Below, in pieces: positions 1 through 8,028 of a stretch of 64,000 nt of DNA (within the stretch, counting starts at the first letter, position 1; the number at the start of each line of letters is the position of its first letter). Location: positions 8,840 to 72,839 of the IMG/VR virus record IMGVR_UViG_3300020369_000001; one strand, 5' to 3'. Both the position numbers and the translations under genes were made by a program. The stretch is from a virus. Its lineage: Duplodnaviria > Caudoviricetes. The notes beneath the pieces are model-generated. The model made no database searches, had not been told where the DNA came from, and was given only the letters and a program-made list of their open reading frames with translations.

Positions 1-2
1 AG

Positions 3-1415
3 GTCTTGCTTGATAATGTCTATGTATGCGGGTCAGAACTCAACGCAAAATTTCCTAGTAGAACCAGCTCTATTGGAATTAGAGTATCAACAGTTACAGG
101 CTTGCGCATTTCAGATAGCCAGATTTTCTTACTAGGAACCGGTATTGATGTATCCGGTCAGTCAGAAGGAGGAATTTTTTCCGGGCTAACTATAGTGTCT
201 GTCGATGTTGGTATAGAGTTCCATGATTTAATCAGCCCTTCCAATAATCATGTTATAGAGGGTTCGCATATTGCCGCATACACTAGGGGGGTTAGAATCA
301 CAGGATACGGCGTGTCGGAAATGATAACCGCAGTGTTCATCAGTAATTGCTTCATTCTTGAAAGAGAGGAAGCAACCACTACTACTAAAAGTGAATACGT
401 CGCACTTGATATTATAGCGGAGCGTTCTGTTATAAGTAATACAACAATACAGTGTAATACTAGCAGGACACCAAGCAGAACCGCCATAAGGATTCCAAGC
501 AGCAATAACATAATATCCAATATTATTGGATTAAATATAGGATCGCTTATTGATGCTGTAGACTCAGGAGACGGAAGGTTTAGCTATGTTTCAAATTGTA
601 TAGCAAACGGGAATTTAGATTCTTTAACTAAGGGCGCGACACACCTTTTTGTTAAAGGTGGCAATGTAATGGGGTCTATGCAGACGACAGCGCATTGGAA
701 TGCAAACACTTTCGCTGCGGCTGATTTAGACGATAAGAACTTGTTTGAGTTTTCGGGTAGGCGACTACTCCTTGGCGCTGATCGCGACAAGGGCTCTCGA
801 TACATTGACTTTAGAACACTTGTGGCAGGGACAGCAGATTTTGACACAAGAATCCTTTCTATAGGGGGTGGCGCAGCAACGGGGCAAGGGTCTTTGATAT
901 TTTACTCCTCATCGTCAATTTTTGAGGGTCAGATCAGGCCTTCAGTAGATTCTGAATTCTCTACGGGCAGCCCTAGTTACAGGTGGTCGGAGATTTACTC
1001 GACCACGGGCACAATAAACACGTCCGACGAGCGTGAAAAACAGGATATCTCGACTCTTGATGCGTCGGAGGCGCTAGTCGCAAAGCGGCTAAAAAGCCTA
1101 GTCAAAAAATTCCGCTTCCGCGATGCCGTCGAAAAAAAGGGAGCTGATGCTCGCATTCACGTTGGCGTGATTGCACAGGAGGTTGCCGAAGCCTTCGCAG
1201 ATGAAGGGCTTGATGCTCACCGCTACGGCATCCTCTGCTACGACGAGTGGGGCGAGCAAGAAGAGATCATTCAGTCTTGGGAAAATGAGTACGATGGCAA
1301 TGGCGCACTGACTAGATCAGCAGGTAGCGAGGTAGTACAAGAATACCGCCCTGCTGGGAACCGTTACGGCGTGCGCTATGAAGAACTTCTAGCCTTTATT
1401 ATCAGCGCTATGTAA
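3..1415 (+). CDS. Tailspike/tail fibre, 3' part (5' end is outside the window), with C-terminal intramolecular chaperone (peptidase S74-like) domain
   Basis: Beta-helix-like I/V/S/N-rich region, then TSDEREKQDI...HVGVIAQEV...YGVRYEELLAF, typical of auto-cleaving chaperone domains; frame is open to the window start. Confidence 0.85.
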   Translation, partial: VLLDNVYVCGSELNAKFPSRTSSIGIRVSTVTGLRISDSQIFLLGTGIDVSGQSEGGIFSGLTIVSVDVGIEFHDLISPSNNHVIEGSHIAAYTRGVRITGYGVSEMITAVFISNCFILEREEATTTTKSEYVALDIIAERSVISNTTIQCNTSRTPSRTAIRIPSSNNIISNIIGLNIGSLIDAVDSGDGRFSYVSNCIANGNLDSLTKGATHLFVKGGNVMGSMQTTAHWNANTFAAADLDDKNLFEFSGRRLLLGADRDKGSRYIDFRTLVAGTADFDTRILSIGGGAATGQGSLIFYSSSSIFEGQIRPSVDSEFSTGSPSYRWSEIYSTTGTINTSDEREKQDISTLDASEALVAKRLKSLVKKFRFRDAVEKKGADARIHVGVIAQEVAEAFADEGLDAHRYGILCYDEWGEQEEIIQSWENEYDGNGALTRSAGSEVVQEYRPAGNRYGVRYEELLAFIISAM

Positions 1416-1515
1416 CCCTCACGAACAAGCGTTATACAGCAAGCCAGGAGGCTTCCTAATGGCAACAGATATTAACGCCCTCTAGTCCGATCTACCCATG
1501 TCGTCTTGACGCCAC

Positions 1516-1544
1516 ACTCACCCCACACTCTGGGGTGAGTTTTT
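1516..1544 (+). terminator. Rho-independent terminator
   Basis: Perfect 10-bp stem ACTCACCCCA/TGGGGTGAGT, 5-nt loop, T tract. Confidence 0.85.
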
Positions 1545-1625
1545 AATTATAGCTGTCACTTGATACTCTCTAATATATACTACTCTTTAGATCAAACTTA
1601 CTAATAGTTATATTGGATTAATATT

Positions 1626-1958
1626 ATGTCTAATGAGTCATTAGAGGTGCAACTGGCAAGACTAGATGAACGCAATAAAATGATTCTTATGAACATGGAA
1701 AATAGTCAACGTGATTCCAAAGAAGCACGAGAACATTTAAGGGAAGCCTTTGAATCTATTCGTTCTATTGATTCTAGATTGGAGAGATTAGAAGGCAGCT
1801 TTGCTACAACACAGCCTACAATTAATGAGTTCCGATCAGTAAAACAGAAGATAATTGGGGCAGGAATTTTAGGTAGGTGGGTATGGGTGGCTTTAACTGG
1901 TATCCTAGGATTACTCTATACAGTGCGTGAACATGTCATCGCATTTGTCACCAAATAA
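1626..1958 (+). CDS. Holin-like membrane protein (coiled coil plus C-terminal TM helix)
   Basis: 110 aa, heptad-rich N-terminus, hydrophobic GILGRWVWVALTGILGLLYTV. Confidence 0.5.
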   Translation: MSNESLEVQLARLDERNKMILMNMENSQRDSKEAREHLREAFESIRSIDSRLERLEGSFATTQPTINEFRSVKQKIIGAGILGRWVWVALTGILGLLYTVREHVIAFVTK

Positions 1959-1972
1959 TATGAGTAGCATAT

Positions 1973-2119
1973 ATGAATGACGATAATGAAATTCCTACTT
2001 TTAATGCAGCCATGCCCCCAAAGCTCACTGACTGGGAAAAGGAACCAAGCCTAAGAGACTTCGCATACCCTAATCAAACACAAATAGTAAACATAACCTT
2101 AACAGGTGACTTCGCATAA
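1973..2119 (+). pseudogene. 48-codon ORF whose N-terminal part resembles the start of an N4-like (Schitoviridae) portal protein; probable remnant
   Basis: Own translation MNDDNEIPTFNAAMPPKLTDWEKEPSLRDFAYPNQTQIVNITLTGDFA; KLTDWEKEPSL recalls the KLTxWKxExSL N-terminal motif of N4 gp59-type portals (recalled, not searched); 11-bp direct repeat GACTTCGCATA at 2057 and 2108. Confidence 0.5.
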
Positions 2120-2143
2120 ACATTTTTTTAAAGGTGATTTAAC

Positions 2144-4312
2144 ATGACTAAGATTGAAAAACCCTTAAACCTTACGAATACAATTTGGGCAGCAGGTGGG
2201 GAAGCTGTAGAACCCTCTAATTCAAAGAAACTCCAAGGGTGGGTTGCTGAAATCCCCCCTTTCCAATTTGAAAACTGGCTTCAAAACCGTAATGACCGTG
2301 CGCTTGCACATATCATCCAAATGGGTATCCCTGAATGGGATGCAAACACTGAATACCAAGCTAACCAATCTTATGTACAAGATGAAGATGGTGAGGTTTA
2401 CCGTGCAACTGAGACACATACAGGTGTCAATCCTAAGTACGATACTGCAAACGTATGGGAACAACCCTTCTCATTCGATGCTCTAAAAGAACTTGCCACA
2501 GAAGAATCTACAGGTGTTGTTCGTAAAGCTGCTCAACAAGATATTGACCAAGGTACTCCTGGTTCTATCTTTGCAGACCCTTCGCAGATTCGACAGCTTG
2601 TTGAGAATATTAATGCCTCTTGGATAACAGGTGGTGTTCTTTCAAGTGGTACGTTACCAGATGCTACGGAATCTGATAAAGGCGCTGTGCGTAAAGCACG
2701 TCAATCAGACATTGATAATGGTACTGGTGATGATCGTTTCATCAGCCCTCGCCAGTTAAAATCCGTAGCTGATGATATTAAATCAACAACTGCTGGTGTA
2801 GCTTTATCAGGCAATCCTGTGATTACAGCAGGTTCTTCTGAGAATTATCAAATCACTAACTTCTCATCTTTCGATACTTATGAAGTTTCTATTGAGTTTG
2901 ATAATGGTGGTACTGGGAATGTCTCTATCACGGATGATCTAATTTCTGTAGATATTGATGCAGGTGCTACTGGCGGGGTCATTTTAACAGTCACTAAAGG
3001 GGGTGTTGCTTATGACTTCGAACTTGCTATCGGGTCTTCTCGAATTAACCGTCCATCTATTATATTCCCTGTAAATGGTGCTACTAATATGCCTACAAAT
3101 ATCACGTTAGAATCTTCGAACTTCACAACCACACCAGCAGGCTTTGACACACACACTGCAACTGATTGGCAAGTAGCTACTGACATCACGTTTAGTAATG
3201 TTATTGCAGAGTCTTTAAATGACACGACTAATCTTTTACAGTGGTCTGTAGATGCTGATTTACAACCTAATACAACCTACTACGCAAGGGTTCGTTATTA
3301 TGGCAATACATTAACAGTATCCTCTTGGTCACAAACAGCTTCTTTTGAGACTGCTGAGCGGCCTGCCACACCTACTATCACAAGCCCTTCGAATGGTGAG
3401 ATTAATGTTGGAGAAACACCGACAATCACTACGAGTAACTTTTCAAGTCCTATTAGTGAAACCCATCAAGCAACAGATTGGGAAATCCGTTTAGCTTCGA
3501 ATGATTCTTTAGTATGGTCTTCGATGAACAACACTTCTAATCTTACTTCTATTACGGTTCCTTCAGGACAACTTGCTGAGTCTACTGAATACCGTATCCG
3601 TGTAAGACATATCGGTTCTCAGTTAGGAGCTTCTGCATGGGGTACTTCTACATTTACTACTGAAGCGCAGTTCTTTGTATTTGATCCAAGCAGTGCTGGT
3701 GAACCTTTTGGTGGTGGTTATTATGCAGGCGCTAATATCGTTGTAGGTGGTACTACTTATGCGTTGGTAGTTGCTCCTAAAGCGCAAGGTGGTGAAGCCG
3801 GTTCAACATTACCTTGGGAGTGGACTGTTGATCCAGATGTTCCAGGGGCAACCTCTACTAATGATGGTGCAAGTAATACCGCAGCGATTGTAGCGGCAGG
3901 TGGTTCTTCTACAAGTGTTGCGGCGGGGTTTTGCAATAATCTTAGTATCAATGGTTACACTGATTGGCATTTGCCTAGTGCTGATGAACTTGAGATTTGT
4001 TATCGGTATTTGAAACCCACTACTCAGGCTAACTATGTAAATTCTAGTTATGGGCCTAATCCTGGTGGTAATGGTTCTAACCCTAATAGTGATCCTGTTG
4101 GTGGTGATTATACTTCTAGTAATCCTGCACAGACTTCTATTGCTATCTACCAATCTGGTGCGAGTGAGGCGTTTGTTGCTAATTACTACTGGACTTCAAC
4201 GCAGCTCTCCGCTGGGGTCGCTTGGCGCCAGCGCTTCGACAATGGCGACCAGGGCACGTACCTCAAGTCGGACTCGTACTACGTCCGCGCAGTTAGATGG
4301 GTCGAAGTGTAA
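2144..4312 (+). CDS. Tail fibre / receptor-binding protein: baseplate-attachment N-terminus, two FN3/Ig-like repeats, C-terminal DUF1566/Lcl (C-type lectin fold) domain
   Basis: N-terminal WAAGG...GWVAEIPPFQFENWLQNRND...GIPEWD; duplicated P-x-I-x-x-P-x-NG...H-x-ATDW...Y-x-x-RVR modules; C-terminal GYTDWHLPSADEL...YYWTSTQ...YYVRAVR. Confidence 0.85.
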   Translation: MTKIEKPLNLTNTIWAAGGEAVEPSNSKKLQGWVAEIPPFQFENWLQNRNDRALAHIIQMGIPEWDANTEYQANQSYVQDEDGEVYRATETHTGVNPKYDTANVWEQPFSFDALKELATEESTGVVRKAAQQDIDQGTPGSIFADPSQIRQLVENINASWITGGVLSSGTLPDATESDKGAVRKARQSDIDNGTGDDRFISPRQLKSVADDIKSTTAGVALSGNPVITAGSSENYQITNFSSFDTYEVSIEFDNGGTGNVSITDDLISVDIDAGATGGVILTVTKGGVAYDFELAIGSSRINRPSIIFPVNGATNMPTNITLESSNFTTTPAGFDTHTATDWQVATDITFSNVIAESLNDTTNLLQWSVDADLQPNTTYYARVRYYGNTLTVSSWSQTASFETAERPATPTITSPSNGEINVGETPTITTSNFSSPISETHQATDWEIRLASNDSLVWSSMNNTSNLTSITVPSGQLAESTEYRIRVRHIGSQLGASAWGTSTFTTEAQFFVFDPSSAGEPFGGGYYAGANIVVGGTTYALVVAPKAQGGEAGSTLPWEWTVDPDVPGATSTNDGASNTAAIVAAGGSSTSVAAGFCNNLSINGYTDWHLPSADELEICYRYLKPTTQANYVNSSYGPNPGGNGSNPNSDPVGGDYTSSNPAQTSIAIYQSGASEAFVANYYWTSTQLSAGVAWRQRFDNGDQGTYLKSDSYYVRAVRWVEV
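4184..4312 (+). other. DGR-type variable region (VR) at the 3' end of the tail fibre gene
   Basis: YYWTSTQ-x-AW-x-Q-x-F-x-NG-x-Q-x-K-x-YVRAVR scaffold; 17 of 28 codons in 4205-4288 end in C, versus 2 of 33 in 4082-4180. Confidence 0.65.
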
Positions 4313-4489
4313 CGCAGCGAAGCGTAGTTGGAACGAAGTACCCATCCCTATAACCTAAACCTTGGTGGTCGCTGCCTCCGGGCAAGCACCATCTCTACTA
4401 ATCATTGTTGAAGCCCTGAACTGAGTCTTGCTGTTGTAAGGTTTCCAGTATAAACTTTAAAGTACACCTTATGAGTAAAGGAGTTTTAA

Positions 4490-5035
4490 ATGTACTTTAA
4501 ACCATTACCGCAACAGCAATTCCTACAAGAGTGCTTTGACTACAATGACAACACAGGCCAACTTACTTGGAAAGAACGTCCAAGAACACACTTTAACACG
4601 AACAACGCGCATAAAAGGTTTAACAATACACTCTCCGGTAAAATCGTTGGGACTACGCATAAGGGGAGAATGATTGTAAGATTCACATCCCAAGGGAAAG
4701 CATTAAATTACCCAATAGGCAGACTGATCTTCAAACTTGTTACTGGCGAAGACCCTAAAGGTGTCATTGACCATATCGACGGCAACCCTTTCAACAACGC
4801 TTGGGACAACCTGCGTGACATAAGTATAGGTGATAATGTGGCAAATATGCATAGTGTTAAGCGTAAAGGTTTACAAGGTGTTTGTTATGATAAGTCTCGG
4901 GGGAAGTGGTTGGCTAACATTAGGATACGCGGTAAAAAGATTTACTTAGGTCGTTTTGAAACCGAACAAGAAGCATATGACGTTTACATGCAAGCCAAAC
5001 AAAAACGTCTGTCAGAAATTAAAGAAATCATTTAA
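4490..5035 (+). CDS. Free-standing HNH homing endonuclease with C-terminal AP2 domain
   Basis: IDHIDGNPFNNAWDNLR (HNH); GVCYDKSRGKWLANIRIRGKKIYLGRFETEQEA (AP2). Confidence 0.9.
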   Translation: MYFKPLPQQQFLQECFDYNDNTGQLTWKERPRTHFNTNNAHKRFNNTLSGKIVGTTHKGRMIVRFTSQGKALNYPIGRLIFKLVTGEDPKGVIDHIDGNPFNNAWDNLRDISIGDNVANMHSVKRKGLQGVCYDKSRGKWLANIRIRGKKIYLGRFETEQEAYDVYMQAKQKRLSEIKEII

Positions 5036-5059
5036 AAACCAATCAGGAGTATCTACACT

Positions 5060-5674
5060 ATGAAATACATCCGTTACACATTAGTTGATAAGAAAACCAA
5101 TAAACCTGTTTCACAAGAACCTGCAAAGAATGGCCCAAAACATCCTGACGGTGTTACCCCAACATTCGATATTCAATCAACATTCTCAACAGGTGTTCCT
5201 ACAATCTACGGTATTGCTGAAGATACTTTTGAACCCGCTGATTGGATGTTTGAACTCTCCGAAGAATCCTTCTACACCACCATGCGACAAGAATTTAAAA
5301 CACGTGCTTCAGATCGTCGCAAGACTGTAGAGCGTGGTGGGTATTGGGTAACTCCTGAGACTTTTGTAAGAACTGACGAAGGTTCCCAGAACCGTCTTGC
5401 ACAGCTTGTGACAACCATTAATAACGATCCTGATCTTGTATCAGTAGACTTCGAAGTAACACCAGGACAATGGACAACCTTTGATACAGCTACTGCATTA
5501 ACGGTTGCAAAGACAGTATCAAGGCATGTCCAACGTTGCTTTAGCTGGTGTAAAGGTGTCCATGAATCTTTAGATGCTGCAAATACTTTAGATCAAATGC
5601 AACCTATTGTCAACGATATTTCAAACTTTGTTGCTGACGATAACCCGCCTGTGCAGGCTACACAAGATGCTTGA
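5060..5674 (+). CDS. Tail fibre assembly/accessory protein (DUF4376-like C-terminus)
   Basis: RRKTVERGG...VRTDEGSQNRL...HVQRCFSW pattern; lies downstream of the fibre gene. Confidence 0.6.
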   Translation: MKYIRYTLVDKKTNKPVSQEPAKNGPKHPDGVTPTFDIQSTFSTGVPTIYGIAEDTFEPADWMFELSEESFYTTMRQEFKTRASDRRKTVERGGYWVTPETFVRTDEGSQNRLAQLVTTINNDPDLVSVDFEVTPGQWTTFDTATALTVAKTVSRHVQRCFSWCKGVHESLDAANTLDQMQPIVNDISNFVADDNPPVQATQDA

Positions 5675-5828
5675 TTCATTGACTATTAAAGAATGGCAGC
5701 TTATCTACTTCTTAATCACAATGACTTTCACACTGTTTAACACACTCGTCTTGTTATCTTGTGTACGTGTTGTAGATAAACTGTTCCATGAGAGTGAGTT
5801 ATTAAAACTTATTAAGAAACAAACATAA
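5667..5828 (+). CDS. Small single-TM membrane protein (lysis cassette)
   Basis: ATG at 5667 overlaps the upstream stop; hydrophobic WQLIYFLITMTFTLFNTLVLL. Confidence 0.5.
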   Translation: MLDSLTIKEWQLIYFLITMTFTLFNTLVLLSCVRVVDKLFHESELLKLIKKQT

Positions 5829-5846
5829 GACTAAGGATTCTCAATT

Positions 5847-6146
5847 ATGCCACCAACAAGTGATATAGAAAGACGCTTAATGTCTTTGGAGGAAGAGGAT
5901 AGGCGTCTTCGTGATGCTTTAGGAAAACTTGTGACGAATACGGAGGTGATGAATAACACCTTGCAAATCCTTACTGGTGACATTTCTCCAAGGATGGAGA
6001 ACCTTGAAAAAGAAGTAAGAGGTATGCAGAACAGACAATCAACAAACACATTGATATTGGATGTTGTTAAGTGGTTTGCAGCACTTATTGCAGGTTCTTC
6101 AGTAACAATGGCGATGGTTTATTTGTTTCAGAATGGAGGTTCTTGA
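5847..6146 (+). CDS. Holin-like protein (coiled coil plus C-terminal TM helix)
   Basis: Directly upstream of the endolysin (TGATG overlap); TM WFAALIAGSSVTMAMVYLF. Confidence 0.55.
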   Translation: MPPTSDIERRLMSLEEEDRRLRDALGKLVTNTEVMNNTLQILTGDISPRMENLEKEVRGMQNRQSTNTLILDVVKWFAALIAGSSVTMAMVYLFQNGGS

Positions 6147-6640
6147 TGAATTGGTTTGATGAAGTGATTAAAAGGAAACCTGATAAACGAATACCTGTAA
6201 AAGACCTTACACACTCTCAATCTGCTGTTGATATTATTAAGGAGTTTGAAGGTTATCGTTCAAAGGCGTATTTAGATGCAGTCGGGATTCCAACAATAGG
6301 GTATGGGTTCGTTAAAGGTGTTTCTCTTGGTGATACAATTACTAAAGAGGATGCTGTAAAGCGCCTTGAGGATGAAATTAGTGAACATACGGCAGCTATC
6401 CATCAACGTGTAAAAGTTCCTCTGTACCAGCATGAATACGATGCACTAGCTTCTTTTATATTCAATGTTGGTAAAGGTGCATTTGCACGTTCAACACTCC
6501 TGAAGAAACTTAACCAAGGTGATTATAAAGGCGCTGCTGATGAATTGTTAAGATGGGATAAGGCAGGTGGGAAGTCTTTAAGAGGTCTTACTAGGAGACG
6601 TGAAGCAGAACGCAAGATGTTCCTTGGTGGTGATTTATGA
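6146..6640 (+). CDS. Endolysin, GH24 phage lysozyme
   Basis: IKEFEG...AYLDAVGIPTIGYG (E-x8-D-x5-T triad); DALASFIFNVG; GLTRRREAER; likely start is ATG 6146, not 6071. Confidence 0.95.
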   Translation: MNWFDEVIKRKPDKRIPVKDLTHSQSAVDIIKEFEGYRSKAYLDAVGIPTIGYGFVKGVSLGDTITKEDAVKRLEDEISEHTAAIHQRVKVPLYQHEYDALASFIFNVGKGAFARSTLLKKLNQGDYKGAADELLRWDKAGGKSLRGLTRRREAERKMFLGGDL

Positions 6641-6909
6641 TTAAGAAGGTATTACTCAGCAGCCTACTAACAATCACATTAACAGCCTGTACAGCAATCC
6701 AAACACCTTTTGACGAAGATTATACCTTTGGAGACACGTACAAATCTGTGTACACACTTCAACAAACCTATTGCGCATCTACTGATCCTGCACAGCAAGC
6801 ACTTTACAGGGGGCTTCTTAAACGCCTTTATGGTGACTACCCCTCCGAAGGTGTTTGCACAGATATTCTTGAGGTGTTGAATAGTTATGAAGAAGATAAC
6901 CAAGGTTGA
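6637..6909 (+). CDS. Lipoprotein, possible o-spanin/accessory lysis protein
   Basis: Signal peptide with lipobox LTAC immediately after the endolysin. Confidence 0.6.
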   Translation: MIKKVLLSSLLTITLTACTAIQTPFDEDYTFGDTYKSVYTLQQTYCASTDPAQQALYRGLLKRLYGDYPSEGVCTDILEVLNSYEEDNQG

Positions 6910-7306
6910 TGACTTAACACTTTTAGTTACCACACCAGTACCTAGGGATTATCCTGCAAAGCACCTTGCTAAGAAATCTGACAAAGTAATGTTGGTTGAG
7001 GATTATGTTGTAAGGGTTACTTTTGAAGATGGCTCTACGATAATCATCAGAGTTCCTAAACTGTATGTGACAGATGGTTCAAGTGTCCCTAGGTTCTTCC
7101 ACAGGGTCTATCATCCTTTCATTACGGAAGCGCGATGGTCGAGCTGTGTACATGATTATATCTACAGCGACCTTTACAAGTATTACTCAAAGGAATTTGC
7201 TGATGAACTTCTAAGGTTTATGATAAAGCGTGATGGTGGTCATTGGTTTATGCAGCAAGCTTTCCATAAGGCTGTCAGGCTTAATATCAAAGGAGGTGGT
7301 TGGTAA
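6887..7306 (+). CDS. DUF1353-like protein
   Basis: VPKLYVTDGSSVPR...VHDYIY...ADELL motif. Confidence 0.75.
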   Translation: MKKITKVDDLTLLVTTPVPRDYPAKHLAKKSDKVMLVEDYVVRVTFEDGSTIIIRVPKLYVTDGSSVPRFFHRVYHPFITEARWSSCVHDYIYSDLYKYYSKEFADELLRFMIKRDGGHWFMQQAFHKAVRLNIKGGGW

Positions 7307-7473
7307 TGCAATATAAACAGCGTATCAAGGATAACAGTGAAAGCATCTCTGTAAGCGCTTCTGTATTGGCTGTGTGGATCTTTACAACGTATACCAATAC
7401 TAACCCACCAGCAGAAGTCATCGTTGCTTTAGGAACCCTTGTAGGGGCTTTTGCAGCCCGTTTGAAAGGATGA
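7306..7473 (+). CDS. 55-aa two-TM membrane protein, holin candidate (not in the ORF track)
   Basis: MQYKQRIKDNSESISVSASVLAVWIFTTYTNTNPPAEVIVALGTLVGAFAARLKG; TAATG overlap with the upstream stop. Confidence 0.55.
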   Translation: MQYKQRIKDNSESISVSASVLAVWIFTTYTNTNPPAEVIVALGTLVGAFAARLKG

Positions 7474-7490
7474 TACACATAGAAACAAGA

Positions 7491-7540
7491 AAGCCCCTAT
7501 CAGGAACCTTTGTAAAGAGGAACTTGAACAGGGGCTTTTT
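7491..7540. terminator. Likely bidirectional terminator between convergent lysis and nrd blocks
   Basis: AAGCCCCT...AGGGGCTTTTT with A tract upstream. Confidence 0.7.
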
Positions 7541-7552
7541 ATTACTCACTAC

Positions 7553-7813
7553 TTAATCAAATAATTCGTCAGGGTCATGGTATTTATACTTCCTCAAAAG
7601 ATCATCATAACCGCCTACGATTGATGAAGTCCCTTCGAGAGAAGAATCAACAATGAATGGGACAGTCTTACGGTTCATTTCATGTTTAACAAAATGCAGA
7701 GCCTTATCATCTTGTGAAATGTCGATGTATTGGTGATTTAGATTCAAATTCTTAATGTATTCTAAGGCTAGTGTGCAGTATGGGCAGTTGGGTTTACCGT
7801 AAACGAATAGCAT
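7553..7813 (-). CDS. grx: Glutaredoxin
   Basis: CPYC active site, TVP motif, VGGYDDL. Confidence 0.95.
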   Translation of the reverse strand: MLFVYGKPNCPYCTLALEYIKNLNLNHQYIDISQDDKALHFVKHEMNRKTVPFIVDSSLEGTSSIVGGYDDLLRKYKYHDPDELFD

Positions 7814-8028
7814 GTTTTAATTATTCTCCCCACACATTTTTAGGTTTCCATACGTCGCAATATGTCGTGAAGCACCCAAGATTACAAATGTCTTCCAAAT
7901 AGAATTAAAAGTTTGCAGAGCTTGTGAGTGGTTGATGGTGTAGTTTTGGATTTCTTTGTCTAATTGCATGTTAAGTCTCCGTCTGATTGTTGGTTGTTTA
8001 AAAGCCCCCCAAAGAGGGCGCTTGTTAG

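Noticed and set aside
4050-4358. 102-aa alternative-frame ORF over the VR
   Set aside because: Shadow frame of the Gly/Asn/Pro-rich fibre sequence; no SD and no family motif.
4410-4440. Second copy of the post-tRNA pseudoknot motif
   Set aside because: Only an 8-bp reverse-complement match (GAGTCTTG); the pairings are not reproduced.
4500-4630. AAC-rich stretch as the DGR template repeat
   Set aside because: It is the N-terminus of the HNH-AP2 gene and lacks the invariant VR nucleotides (TACTGGACTTCAACGCAG, GTCCGCGCAGTTAGA).
6071-6145. N-terminal extension (SAR-like) of the endolysin
   Set aside because: It overlaps the holin-like gene out of frame; ATG 6146 has a GGAGG SD and a TGATG coupling.
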